64,000 bases of DNA from Deltaproteobacteria bacterium (GTDB lineage Bacteria; Myxococcota; Kuafuiibacteriia; Kuafuiibacteriales; Kuafuiibacteriaceae). Positions 19,928-29,823 of the stretch are shown here, piece by piece (positions within the stretch are counted from its first letter, which is position 1; each line of letters opens with the position of its first letter). Both the position numbers and the translations under genes were made by a program. The DNA lies in contig JAVJQW010000046.1 in assembly GCA_040218735.1 (NCBI GenBank), forward strand, positions 160,001 to 224,000, given 5' to 3'. The notes under the pieces were generated by a model that worked only from the letters and a program-made list of their open reading frames with translations, was not told where the DNA came from and did no database searches.

Positions 19928-20707
19928 ATGAAATCCAAAACAATCCTACTCTCTGCCGTCCTGGTCACCCCCCTGCTCGCAGGCGCCGAAGGCGGCTGCG
20001 GTGGCGCCATCAACTCCATGACCGACGCTCCGTCGATGAACGGGACGTGGGACATCACGTACGACGACCGCCTCGACATCGAGGTGAAGCTCGGCGGCGC
20101 GGTCTACACGGAGACGCTCCCTTCCTCGGGTGGCAGCTTCACGATCGATCACGCGGGCACGCCGATCACGTTCGACCTCGACTGCGCGAAGCCGGAGGTC
20201 ATCTGCCCGAGTGAGACGTGGCCGATGTCCGTCCAAGCCGAGCACCGGAACGCGCGCTTCCCGCACCGGTTCTTCGTGAGCATCCCGCGCCAGTCTTGCG
20301 ACGGTACGCTCGTCGATCCCGACACGTCGGAGTGCGGCGCGGGCACGAGCAACCCGGATTGTGGTCAGGTCTGCGACGGCGAGATGAAGACGACGAACAC
20401 CGATCACTTCGGCGTGGTGAACGAGGCCGGCACCGCGTTCGACCTGCTCCTCGGCGCCGGCGTCGCGACCAACGGCATCAACTGCGCGCTCCTCGGTATC
20501 TCCGCCGCCAAGGCGAACCTCGAGACCTCGGGGTCCAGCACCGACGGTGACTGGGAGGCGACGGGCATGAAGGACGGCGAGGTCGCGGTCGCGTACACGG
20601 GCGGGTGCCTGTGGGCGGGTGATCCGAACGACGACGGGACGATCGAAGCGCTGACGATCGGCGCGCAGCTGAAGTTCACGACCGGCTTCGAAGGCAGCCG
20701 CCGGTAG
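19928..20707 (+). CDS. Cys-rich secreted protein or lipoprotein
   Basis: GAGGAG SD; MKSKTILLSAVLVTPLLAGAEGGCGG; multiple Cys. Confidence 0.75.
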   Translation: MKSKTILLSAVLVTPLLAGAEGGCGGAINSMTDAPSMNGTWDITYDDRLDIEVKLGGAVYTETLPSSGGSFTIDHAGTPITFDLDCAKPEVICPSETWPMSVQAEHRNARFPHRFFVSIPRQSCDGTLVDPDTSECGAGTSNPDCGQVCDGEMKTTNTDHFGVVNEAGTAFDLLLGAGVATNGINCALLGISAAKANLETSGSSTDGDWEATGMKDGEVAVAYTGGCLWAGDPNDDGTIEALTIGAQLKFTTGFEGSRR

Positions 20708-20708
20708 G

Positions 20709-23700
20709 TCACCGTAACGACCGATCCAGATCCTGCGCGCGGTCCTGAATCCAGCGGCCGCGCGCGAGCTGGTTCCACGCCTCGAAGCGCTCGACGATCG
20801 CGAACACTTCGTTCAGCGCGTCGCGCGCCGCCGCCGCATCCCCCGCCATCTCGCGCGCCGTCGCGTAGATCAGCAGCGCTTCGGCCAGGTTCACGCCGTT
20901 GTCGATCGTCTCGGAGCGACGCCAGCGTCGTGAGAACGACTCGACGCTCAACGCCGCCTCGTTCGCCGCCTCGAACGGGGCGAAGCGCGCGAGTTGGAGT
21001 CGCGCGCTCCCAAGGTGCGCGTGACCGAAGTAGTAGCTGAAGCGTGGGTTCGTCGGGTCGAGCTTCATCTGCGCGTCCATCGCCGCGAGCGCTTGCGCGA
21101 ACTGAGACTGTGCGGCGTCGAGCTCCCCGGCGTGAATCAAAGCCTCGCCGAGGCCGCAGCGCGCGACGACGATGCGCAAGTGTGTCGCGCGGCGCCCGGG
21201 CCGTTCTCGCTGCGCGATCTCCAGGACGTCGAGCGCGCGCGTGAGCTCGACGCGCGCCTGCTCGAACCGACGCGCTTCGGCCGCGTACTCCCCGGCCCGC
21301 AGGTGCAGCCAAGACCGACCGTCGACCGCCGCGAGGGCGTCCTGGGGCGCGCGTCGCTCGGACGCGGCGCGTGCCCGATCGAGCTCGGCGAAGGCCTCGT
21401 CGACTTCGCCCATGCGGGACGCGAGCGTCGCGCGGCCGACGTGCATCCGGACGAGGCGCTCGAGGTCCTCGTCGTCAGGCGTCGCCTCCAACAGAGGAGC
21501 GAGCAGGCGCTCGTAGGCCTCGGTCGCCTCCACCGCGGTCTCGAAGGGGCCGACGCCTTCACACAGTGACTGCTGATCGCCGAGCACGTCGATCAGGATG
21601 CGCCGCGCGGCGACGTCGTCTGCGTCGGCCTGGACGACGGGGACGAGCAGCTCGCGCGCGTCCGCGTTGCGCGTGCGCGCGAGCGCGTAGTCGAGGTCAC
21701 TTCGGTCCTGCCAGTGCAGCTCGCGCAGCGTCTTCGCCAGCTCCAGCTTCGCGTCGACGGAGTCGGGCGCGAGCGCGACGCGGCGTCGACCGAGGCGCTC
21801 CGCTTCGAGGAGCTCGCGCACCGCGAGGTCGTGCGCTTCGTAGCGGCTCGCGAGGCTCGCGCGTTTGCGGTGGCTCCGCACGCGACTCGCGATGACCTCC
21901 AAGGACGAACCGTCGTCACCGTTCAGTCGGTCGAGCAGATCGCCGGCGGTGTCGAGGAGCTCACCCCGCGCGCCGCTCGTCCCGGGGATGCGCGCGAGCT
22001 GGTCGTCGAGATCGTGCACGAGCCGGTCGGCGACTTGCTTGGCCTCGGCGCGGCGTCGCTCCGCGATCACCCGCTGTGCTTCGGCCTCGGCGCGTTCGAA
22101 CATCGCCCACACCGCGAGCACGAGCGCGAGCGCGAGCGCGACGGAGAGCGCGAAGACCCGTCGACGAAACTCGCGCGCGCTACGCGAGCGTCGCAGCTCC
22201 TCCGCGGCGACGGCCGCGTCCACGAACGCCCGCGCCGTGCGGTCCTCGGCCTCCGCGCTCCGGTAGTACGCGAGCTGTCCGCCCCGCGGCAGACCATCTT
22301 CGGGGCGTCCCGCCGTGTGCCACGCGAGCGCCGCCGTGCGCAGCTCTTCTCGTCGCTCGAGATCACGACGGCTCGCGTCGACCCACCGACGCAGCTGTGG
22401 CCACTTGTCGAGCAGCGCTTCGTGCACGAGGTCGACGTGATCGTCGGCGACGACGATCAGCCGCGCATCCGCGAGGCTCGAGAGGACACGCTTCGCTTCC
22501 GCCCCGCCCCCGGCGGCTTCGACCGCGCGCTCGTAGGGGATCGTGCGTCGCACGTCGGGCTGGTCTCGGCCGCTCACGACCAGCGCGAGCATCAACGTGC
22601 GCGCCCGAACGCGCCCCTCTTCTCCGAGCGCTTCCAGGACCGCGTCGGCGCTCCGCGCGAGCGCGCCGCCGAGGCCGCCGATCCGCTCGTACGCCTCCAC
22701 CGTGATCGTTCGACCGCCGCAGTCCACCCACAGCGTTCGCAGCGCGTGGCTCACCAGCGGCAGCGAGCCGGGTTCGTTGCCGGCGTCCGCGATGATGCGG
22801 TCCGGGAGCTCGGGCGCCCACGTCGTCCCGGTCAACGCGGCGGGGCCGACGATCGCTTGGCGGAGCGCAGCCCCGGTGAGCGGGCGTAGCTGGTAGCGCG
22901 CGGCCGCGTCGTTGAGCAGCGGTCCGAGCCCGGGGAGCCGGCTGACCTCCTGCGCGAAGTCGGTGCGCATCGTCGTGACGAGATAGATCGGCGCGTCGAG
23001 GGTGACGGCGTCGGTGAGCCAGCGATCGAGCTCGAGCGCCGCTCGGGTCTCGGGTGCGCGGAACAGCTCTTCGAGCTGGTCGACCACGATCAGCAGACCT
23101 TCGTCGGAGTCGAGATCCTCCGCGACCTCGCGGACTGGATCGTCCGAGGTGGTCCCGAGCGCCGCGCGAAGCGCACCGGCGGGATCGTCGCCGGGCCGAA
23201 TCACCGCGGCGCGCCAGCTCGTCGGCCCGCCGGCGATCCACCCGCAGCGGATGGCGGGGAGGAGGCCGGCCCGGACCACCGACGACTTGCCCACGCCGCT
23301 CGCGCCCTCCACGGCGAGCCACCGGCGGCTCGGCCCCATCCGGGCGACGAGCTCGCGAATCTCGTGGCTGCGTCCGAAGAAGAAGAGCGACTGGTCCTCG
23401 CGGAACGCGGCGAGGCCGGGGAAGGGCTCGCGGTCGTCGGTCGCTTCGATCTCGACGACCGACCGGGTGCCCACGCCGTGCGCGGCGGCGATCCGCCGGA
23501 CCTCCGCGAGCACGGCGGAGGCCGAGGCCGGGCGCCCGTCGGGCGTCGGGGCGAGGCAGCGGCGCACCAGATCGTCGAGGGCCGGCGGCACGTCTCTTGT
23601 GGTCGTCCGTAGCGACGCCGCCCCGATCGGAGCGGCGTCGTCCTCGAAGGGGCGCTCGCCGCTGAGCATCTCGTACGCGATCACACCGATCGCGAAGACG

Positions 23701-24395
23701 TCGGCGCGTTCGTCGTTCGCCTCACCGCGCACGCGCTCGGGCGCCATGTACCCGGGCGTTCCGATTCGGTCGTTGGCACCGATGCCTTGCCAGGCGCGCT
23801 CGTCCGCGGTCGCGATGCCGAAGTCGAGGACCTTGAGGCGCCCGTCCGCGCAGGAGAAGACGTTCGCCGGTTTGAGATCGCGGTGCACGATCCCGCTGTC
23901 GTGCGCGTACGCGACGCCCTGGCAGAGACCGTCGAGCAGCTCCAGCGCCCCCTCGACGGACAACGCCCCACGCTGGATGCGTTCGAAGAGTGTCTCCCCC
24001 TCCAGCAGCTCCATGACGAGGAATGGCGTTCCCGTCCACTTCGACTCGATCGCCTCGCGGCCTCGGTACAACGTACGGGCCGTCTTCACGTCGTGCACCA
24101 CGACGATGTTCGGGTGCGGAAGTCGCGCGGTGATCCGCGCTTCGCGTTGGAAGGTTCGGACGTACGTGCGGCGCTGCTCGGCACCGAGTCGGCTCAGGTG
24201 ACTCGGCGCCATCAGCTTGAGCGCGACGCGTCGGCCCAGCTTTCGATCCACCGCTTCGTACACCGCGCCGAACCCGCCGGCGCCGACGCGTCGAAGGATC
24301 TGGTAGCGCTTGCCGATCCGCGTCCCGCGCTCGAGCGGGGGCTCGGGCGCTCGCAAGGCATCTTGCATCCAGCTCGACAGGCCGTAGCCGCTCAT
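20709..24395 (-). CDS. Ser/Thr protein kinase fused to an nSTAND1-type NTPase, a TM helix and a TPR-like C-terminus
   Basis: Kinase GAGGFG, VALK, HRDLKPAN, DFG and GTPGYMAPE. NTPase PFPGLAAF..FFFGR, GASGVGKSS, VVDQLEELF and LVHEALL. TM FALSVALALALVLAVWAMF. Confidence 0.9.
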   Translation of the reverse strand: MSGYGLSSWMQDALRAPEPPLERGTRIGKRYQILRRVGAGGFGAVYEAVDRKLGRRVALKLMAPSHLSRLGAEQRRTYVRTFQREARITARLPHPNIVVVHDVKTARTLYRGREAIESKWTGTPFLVMELLEGETLFERIQRGALSVEGALELLDGLCQGVAYAHDSGIVHRDLKPANVFSCADGRLKVLDFGIATADERAWQGIGANDRIGTPGYMAPERVRGEANDERADVFAIGVIAYEMLSGERPFEDDAAPIGAASLRTTTRDVPPALDDLVRRCLAPTPDGRPASASAVLAEVRRIAAAHGVGTRSVVEIEATDDREPFPGLAAFREDQSLFFFGRSHEIRELVARMGPSRRWLAVEGASGVGKSSVVRAGLLPAIRCGWIAGGPTSWRAAVIRPGDDPAGALRAALGTTSDDPVREVAEDLDSDEGLLIVVDQLEELFRAPETRAALELDRWLTDAVTLDAPIYLVTTMRTDFAQEVSRLPGLGPLLNDAAARYQLRPLTGAALRQAIVGPAALTGTTWAPELPDRIIADAGNEPGSLPLVSHALRTLWVDCGGRTITVEAYERIGGLGGALARSADAVLEALGEEGRVRARTLMLALVVSGRDQPDVRRTIPYERAVEAAGGGAEAKRVLSSLADARLIVVADDHVDLVHEALLDKWPQLRRWVDASRRDLERREELRTAALAWHTAGRPEDGLPRGGQLAYYRSAEAEDRTARAFVDAAVAAEELRRSRSAREFRRRVFALSVALALALVLAVWAMFERAEAEAQRVIAERRRAEAKQVADRLVHDLDDQLARIPGTSGARGELLDTAGDLLDRLNGDDGSSLEVIASRVRSHRKRASLASRYEAHDLAVRELLEAERLGRRRVALAPDSVDAKLELAKTLRELHWQDRSDLDYALARTRNADARELLVPVVQADADDVAARRILIDVLGDQQSLCEGVGPFETAVEATEAYERLLAPLLEATPDDEDLERLVRMHVGRATLASRMGEVDEAFAELDRARAASERRAPQDALAAVDGRSWLHLRAGEYAAEARRFEQARVELTRALDVLEIAQRERPGRRATHLRIVVARCGLGEALIHAGELDAAQSQFAQALAAMDAQMKLDPTNPRFSYYFGHAHLGSARLQLARFAPFEAANEAALSVESFSRRWRRSETIDNGVNLAEALLIYATAREMAGDAAAARDALNEVFAIVERFEAWNQLARGRWIQDRAQDLDRSLR

Positions 24396-24991
24396 CCCAG
24401 GCCAGCCTCTTCGGCCTTCGCCTTGAGGCGTCGCGTCGCGCGCGAGAGCCGTTGACGCACCGTGGCCTCACTGAGGGGCGCGTCGGGTGTCGACAACCGC
24501 TCGGCGATCTGCGCGCACGAACACTCCTGCCGAAAACGAAGGAGGATGAGTGACGCGTCCTGCGGCCGGAGCTCGGCGAGCACCGACTCCAGGGCCTCGA
24601 CGCGCTTCTCGCGCTCGTCGCGATCGCGCAGGTTCGTGCTGGGGCCGGGGCCGGTGGCCTGGATCATCGCCGCCTCTCGCGTCTCGAGGCGCTGCTCGTG
24701 CGCACGGCGTCGCGCGCGCTTCGCGAGGTGTCGGTAGGCCTCGCGTCGGGTGATGCGGAACAGCCAGGCCCGCAGCCGGCGTTCAGCGTCTTCCTCGGAG
24801 CGGTCGACCTTGCCCAGGTGGCGGAACGTTCGGACCAGGACCGCCTGGAAGACCTCGTCCACCTCGGCCTCCGCGTTCAGCAACTGCGACAACCACCGTC
24901 GCAGCTCTCGTTCGTGGCGCGCGACGAGCACCTCGGCCGCGCGTTCGTCGTCGTCGGCGGCGAGATGGACGAAAACCTCGTCGACGGCCAT
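24392..24991 (-). CDS. ECF RNA polymerase sigma factor
   Basis: LRAWLFRITRREA (sigma2) and SEATVRQRLSRA (sigma4); its stop overlaps the kinase start. Confidence 0.88.
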   Translation of the reverse strand: MAVDEVFVHLAADDDERAAEVLVARHERELRRWLSQLLNAEAEVDEVFQAVLVRTFRHLGKVDRSEEDAERRLRAWLFRITRREAYRHLAKRARRRAHEQRLETREAAMIQATGPGPSTNLRDRDEREKRVEALESVLAELRPQDASLILLRFRQECSCAQIAERLSTPDAPLSEATVRQRLSRATRRLKAKAEEAGLG

Positions 24992-25047
24992 CGAAGCCCA
25001 GCGTACGGCAACCGGAGGGTCGGCCAGCGAAAAAAAGCGCGCGCCCC

Positions 25048-25075
25048 TGTCACGCGCGCCGAACTCGCCGGGTCT
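25048..25075 (+). promoter_or_regulatory. Putative ECF-type promoter TGTCAC-N17-GGTCT
   Basis: Same motif and spacing as 35735-35762; A-tract upstream; 8 nt before GTG 25084. Confidence 0.55.
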
Positions 25076-25083
25076 GCAGCCCC

Positions 25084-28023
25084 GTGAGACCCGTTTCGAT
25101 CGTCGGATCCGGCGCCCGGATCGTCACCGTCTGTATCGTCCTGGCCCCCAGCGCCGCCGTCGCCAAGGGGGGGACCGGCCCCGCCCAGCCGGCACCGTCC
25201 GGTCGCCTCGCGCCCCAGGCGGCGTCGCAGATCGGGGTGCGGCAGTGCCCGGCGCCGGCGCGCTCGGACTGCGAGAGCCTGAGCTACGCGCTGTCCCCGT
25301 GCGGCGAGCAGGAGTCTCGGCGCGCGACAGGGCGGGTCGGGTTCGGCGCCTGCTTCGAGCGGTGCGCGGAGGTGACCCCGACGATCGCGCAGTGTCAGGA
25401 CGAAGCCTGGCTGAACTCGATCTGCGGTCGGCTCGAGCGGCAGCGCATGGACCTGGAGCCGGTCGCGAGCGGAGTTCACCCTTCGGTGTGTTTCCAGCTG
25501 CTGTCGACGCTCGGTGACGCGGTCTTCATGGGCACCGCGAGCGCGACCGCGATGGTCCCGCCCGAGGTCGACTGCGACGGGTGCGTCACGCCCAACAACA
25601 CACCGCTGAGCCTGACGCCCGCGCGCCGCCTCGACGACGACCGCTCGGATTACACCATCGAGCCCCCGACGTCGAACTACTACGGCCGGCTCGCCGAGGA
25701 CTTCACGCACTTGTCGAAGGCGCCGGGCAGCGACCCGCACCAGAACCGCTTCACGATGCAGAGGCAGACCTGGGCGAGCAACGGTCCGACCGTGCTGTCC
25801 TGCGCGGAGTACGTCTACGAGAAGTACTACAACTTCAACGCCTACCTGGATCGCGCGGCGGCGGTCGCGCCCGATCACCGCGCGATGTTCGACATCGCCT
25901 ACGCGTTGGATCGCAACGGCGGCCCCGAGCCGTGGGCGATCGGGGAGCGCGGGGTGCTCGGTCTCCCGGTGCAGCACTTCGACAGCGCAGTCGCGACGAC
26001 GCCGCAGGTCGAGCTGCCGTCGGAGCTGCAGGGGCGCAACGTCTTCTTCGACGCGGTCTACATGCTCGACGCGGAGCGCGCCGACTTCCGAGAGCAGTTC
26101 GATGCCGGCGAGCTGCAGACGTCGCGACCGGTCGGCTACGGCATCTTCCTCTTCGACGACGACCTGCAACAGCGCATGCGCGCCGGCGCCCAGACGCGCA
26201 ACCGCGTCGTGAAGAGCTTCGCGTACCACAAGATGATGGGCGCGGCGCTGACGCCGAGCCTGATCGAGCCGCAGTTCAGGCTCTACGAAGGCGCGCGCCG
26301 ACGTTTCGCCGATCTGGTTCGTCGACACCAGCTGATCTGGATCGCGTACTTCGAGTGGCTCACGCAGTTCACCGACGACGTCGACCAAGCCATCCCGGAG
26401 GTCCAGGTGTTCTTCGATCCGGCGGGGAACCTGATCGACCCCGCGCCGTTCATCGGCAGCCCGGTCGCGAAGGTCCTGGACGGGGCGCGTGAGTTCAAGA
26501 GCCAGCGTCGGCAGGCCCACGGCCTCCGCACCTCGACGACGAACCAGCGCCCGCAACTCATCTTGCCGGCGCGTCGTCCGGCTGCGTTCTCTGCGCAGTT
26601 CTCTGCCGCGGGCCCGGGCGGACTCTCCGGCCACCCTGGGTTCTCGCCCCTCGTCCAGCAGACGATCGACGAGACCCTCACCAGCCTCACGCCCTACGAG
26701 AGCTGCAACACCTGGGTCTGTTTCCTGGAGGCGATCGCCCAGACCGAAGCGCTGATCGAGGAGGCGCTCGTCGCCGCGCGCGACCTCGGCTGCCTCGACG
26801 TCGGGAGCCCCCCGCACCCTTGCGACTGGAGCCCGCTCGACTTCGTCGAGGCGCTCGGCGATCCCTACGAGACGGTCCGCGAGCCCGAGTTCCGCGCGTG
26901 CGTCGAGAAGACGCCGGGCGAGACGCCGTTCGCCCGACTTCAGCAGGCGGACTTCAGCTACGGCAACGGGCAGGTCCCCTCGTGGGATGGGCAGCCGTGC
27001 GTCGCGGGGGACTACACCGTCTCGATCCCCATGGTAGAGCGCTACTTCGACTGCCGCGTCGAGTGGGTGAAGGCGGTCCTCCTCGAGCTCCAGAGCCAGC
27101 TCGACGAACCCGATCTCTTCGAGCCCGGTCCGCCGGCGCAGCTCGTCGTCGGCAAGCAGGACAGCGACCACAACCGCGTCGGCAACGACATGTTCGGCGC
27201 GCAGCTCGACTACGACATCGGCTGGACGCTCCCCGGCACGAGCCTGCCGGCGCCAGGGACCGGAGACTACTGCGGCCTCCAACCTTCGGCGCGGGCCAGC
27301 ATGTCGGCGCGCGGGCGGGCGCTGTTCCTCGAGAAGCAGCTGGTCGAAGCCAGCGCGGAGGTATCACTCGCGCCCGGCGAGCCGAGCTCCGCGTTCCTGG
27401 AGGTCGCGGGCCAGGAGATCTTCCACCCCGACCCGGTGCAGTTCTCGGCGGCGGCCTTCAACCCCGTGCTCGAGGCGCAGGAAGATCTCTCGGAGGACAT
27501 CGTGAAGGCGAGCGCCACGATCACGGTGGTGTTCATTCCGGTGAAGATCGCGGGCGGCATCGCGGGGCGCATCTCGGCGGGGGCGTCGGTGGCGGCGGGC
27601 GCGCAGAAGGGTTCGTCGTGCGCGAACGGTGACCTCGGCCTCGTCGCGGAGTTCGCGCCGGCCACCGCGCTCGACGCGTTTGCGTCGGCGAGCATCGACG
27701 CGGTGATCGTCGAGGCGGGTGTGCAGATCACGCTCACGATCATCTCGCTCGAGCTCCCGCTGTCGACGAGCCTGCGCTTCGACGGCGTGGGCGCGGGCGC
27801 GACGCAGGACTCGAGACTCACCGCGAACGCCTCGCTCGACTTCGTGCTGCGGATGCTGTCGGGGCGCGTGAGCGCGTTCGTCGAGGTTTGTTACATCATC
27901 GACTGCGAGCGCGCCGAGGCCACGCTCTTCTCGTGGGGCGGCCCCACACTCACCGAGAACATCTTCGACGTCGCCTTCGAGGTCCCCGTCGAAGCCATGT
28001 CGATTCTGCAGGACGACCTGTGA
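25084..28023 (+). CDS. Large secreted Cys-rich protein with an amphipathic beta-sheet C-terminus
   Basis: Signal-like N-terminus; SCAEYVYEKYY and CDWSP motifs; C-terminal long alternating strands (ATITVVFIPVKIAGGIAGRISAG...VEAGVQITLTIISLELPL...LSGRVSAFVEV). Confidence 0.8.
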   Translation: MRPVSIVGSGARIVTVCIVLAPSAAVAKGGTGPAQPAPSGRLAPQAASQIGVRQCPAPARSDCESLSYALSPCGEQESRRATGRVGFGACFERCAEVTPTIAQCQDEAWLNSICGRLERQRMDLEPVASGVHPSVCFQLLSTLGDAVFMGTASATAMVPPEVDCDGCVTPNNTPLSLTPARRLDDDRSDYTIEPPTSNYYGRLAEDFTHLSKAPGSDPHQNRFTMQRQTWASNGPTVLSCAEYVYEKYYNFNAYLDRAAAVAPDHRAMFDIAYALDRNGGPEPWAIGERGVLGLPVQHFDSAVATTPQVELPSELQGRNVFFDAVYMLDAERADFREQFDAGELQTSRPVGYGIFLFDDDLQQRMRAGAQTRNRVVKSFAYHKMMGAALTPSLIEPQFRLYEGARRRFADLVRRHQLIWIAYFEWLTQFTDDVDQAIPEVQVFFDPAGNLIDPAPFIGSPVAKVLDGAREFKSQRRQAHGLRTSTTNQRPQLILPARRPAAFSAQFSAAGPGGLSGHPGFSPLVQQTIDETLTSLTPYESCNTWVCFLEAIAQTEALIEEALVAARDLGCLDVGSPPHPCDWSPLDFVEALGDPYETVREPEFRACVEKTPGETPFARLQQADFSYGNGQVPSWDGQPCVAGDYTVSIPMVERYFDCRVEWVKAVLLELQSQLDEPDLFEPGPPAQLVVGKQDSDHNRVGNDMFGAQLDYDIGWTLPGTSLPAPGTGDYCGLQPSARASMSARGRALFLEKQLVEASAEVSLAPGEPSSAFLEVAGQEIFHPDPVQFSAAAFNPVLEAQEDLSEDIVKASATITVVFIPVKIAGGIAGRISAGASVAAGAQKGSSCANGDLGLVAEFAPATALDAFASASIDAVIVEAGVQITLTIISLELPLSTSLRFDGVGAGATQDSRLTANASLDFVLRMLSGRVSAFVEVCYIIDCERAEATLFSWGGPTLTENIFDVAFEVPVEAMSILQDDL

Positions 28024-28034
28024 GGAGGCCCCTC

Positions 28035-29798
28035 GTGAAGAACGTCTACGTGCTCTCGATCATCGGCGTGGGTCTGCTGTCCGCGCTGTGGTTGTGGCGT
28101 CCATCCACGTCCCAGAGTCCCGACGCCGTCGATCAAGACGCGCGTCACTACCGACTCGCGCTCACGGTGCGCGACGAGACGCGCCTCCCCGTCGCGGAGG
28201 GTGCGGCGGTTCCGGTCACCGCGGAGGTGCACCTGCAGACGGATCTGTTGGTCACCGTGCCGACGCCTCGGACGCGCGGATTGCGTTTCGTTCGCGTCGA
28301 CGCCGCGACGCTCGCGGTGGGGGACGACGGCCGGAGCGGCTCCCTCGCTTCCGCGGTGGAGGGCCTCGACGCGCTCGTCGTGTTGCGCGACGACGGCACC
28401 GTCGCCGGCATTCGTGTCCCCGAGCGCACCGAGCTGGTCGCCGAGCGGCTCGTGAAGCTCGTGGCGAGCGAGCTGGTGTGGACGCGGCCCGCGAAGGGCG
28501 TCACCCACGAGCGGACCCGTCTCGGCGAGGTCGAGTCGAGCTACGCGATCGACGCTCGGACCTTTGTGCGCACCCGGCGCGGGGTTCGGTCTTGGGCGGC
28601 GTTCGACGGACTCGGCGTTCGAGGGCTGCGCGCGGAGCTCACCGGAGGCGCACGCGGCGCCATCGTCGAAGACGACATGATCACGACGCTCGAAGTCGAC
28701 GAGCGGGTCGTCGCCTACCGGAAGAACGAACGTCTCCTGCAGGCGCAGACGAGGCTCGACCTCGAGCTGCTGGGCCGCGTCGCCGCGCCCTCCGCAGCCC
28801 GGCTCGGCCCGCTGCGCTCCCTCGTCGATCACCCGGTCAGCGTTCACGCGGAGGCGCGCGCGCAGGACGCACGCATCGCGGGCCTCACCGCCGATGCGCT
28901 CTGGTCCGCGCTCGACCGAACGGGGGCGTCCGGCGAGTTTGCCGACCACGCGCGAATGCTCGTGCGCGCGACCGCGCTGCTCCGGAAGCAACCCGCGCTC
29001 GTCGACCAGGTCGGCGCGAGGTTCCGGGAGCCGGCGACATCGGACGCGGAGCGCACGCTCCTGCTCGATCTGCTCGTGGGTGCGGGGACGCCCGCGGCGC
29101 AAGCCGCGTTGACGGAGCTCCTGGACGAGCCGCTGGTGCGCACCCACCCCGAGCGCCACCTCTGGGACCAGCGCGTCTCACTCATCGGCGCGCCGACGCC
29201 CGCGACCGTCACCTATGCCTCCGCCGCCTTCGCGCGACGCTCCGGGGTCGACGGAACGACCGCCGCGTACGTGCTCGGCGCGGTGGCGAGTCACCTGCCG
29301 GATCGCCGCGCTGCAGCCGCGCCGATCGTCGAGCGGCTCAAAGCGGCGCGGGAACCGTTCGAGCGCGCGCACCTCATCTCGGCGCTCGGCAACGCGGGCG
29401 GGGACGCGTTCGTCGGGTCCATCGCGGCGTACGCCGACGCCGGCGAGCCCGAGGTCCGCCTCGCGGTGGCCAAGGCGCTGCGCAAGACCGACGTCGAGGA
29501 TGCACGCGCCACGCTCGTGCGCCTCAGCGCGGACCGGAGCGCGGTCGTCCAGCGCCGCGCGCTGCTGTCGTTGAGCCGCATGTCGACGTTGTCACCGGCC
29601 GAGCTCGACGCGCTCGGTGCGGCGGTGCGGACGGCGGCAGTCGCTCAGACGAGCCTCGGCGCGCTCGTGAACCTGCTTGCGGCGCAGCCGTGCTCTTCGC
29701 GGCGCGACGCGGTCCTGCGGGCGGTGCGTGCGCAGCCCAAGGAGGGCGGGGCGGTCATCGACGCGCGGACGCGCGCCCTCGAAGCGCGGTGCGGCTGA
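28035..29798 (+). CDS. Membrane-anchored protein with a beta domain plus a helical domain, resembling the vitellogenin/MTP lipid-transfer N-terminal module
   Basis: GGAGG SD; N-terminal TM; ERTRLGEVESSY; LLDLLVGAGTPAAQ; PT motif; YVLGAV; ISALGNAG; EVRLAVAKALRK. Confidence 0.7.
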   Translation: MKNVYVLSIIGVGLLSALWLWRPSTSQSPDAVDQDARHYRLALTVRDETRLPVAEGAAVPVTAEVHLQTDLLVTVPTPRTRGLRFVRVDAATLAVGDDGRSGSLASAVEGLDALVVLRDDGTVAGIRVPERTELVAERLVKLVASELVWTRPAKGVTHERTRLGEVESSYAIDARTFVRTRRGVRSWAAFDGLGVRGLRAELTGGARGAIVEDDMITTLEVDERVVAYRKNERLLQAQTRLDLELLGRVAAPSAARLGPLRSLVDHPVSVHAEARAQDARIAGLTADALWSALDRTGASGEFADHARMLVRATALLRKQPALVDQVGARFREPATSDAERTLLLDLLVGAGTPAAQAALTELLDEPLVRTHPERHLWDQRVSLIGAPTPATVTYASAAFARRSGVDGTTAAYVLGAVASHLPDRRAAAAPIVERLKAAREPFERAHLISALGNAGGDAFVGSIAAYADAGEPEVRLAVAKALRKTDVEDARATLVRLSADRSAVVQRRALLSLSRMSTLSPAELDALGAAVRTAAVAQTSLGALVNLLAAQPCSSRRDAVLRAVRAQPKEGGAVIDARTRALEARCG

Positions 29799-29823
29799 TG
29801 CGGCCGGGACGGGAGCACTGAAC

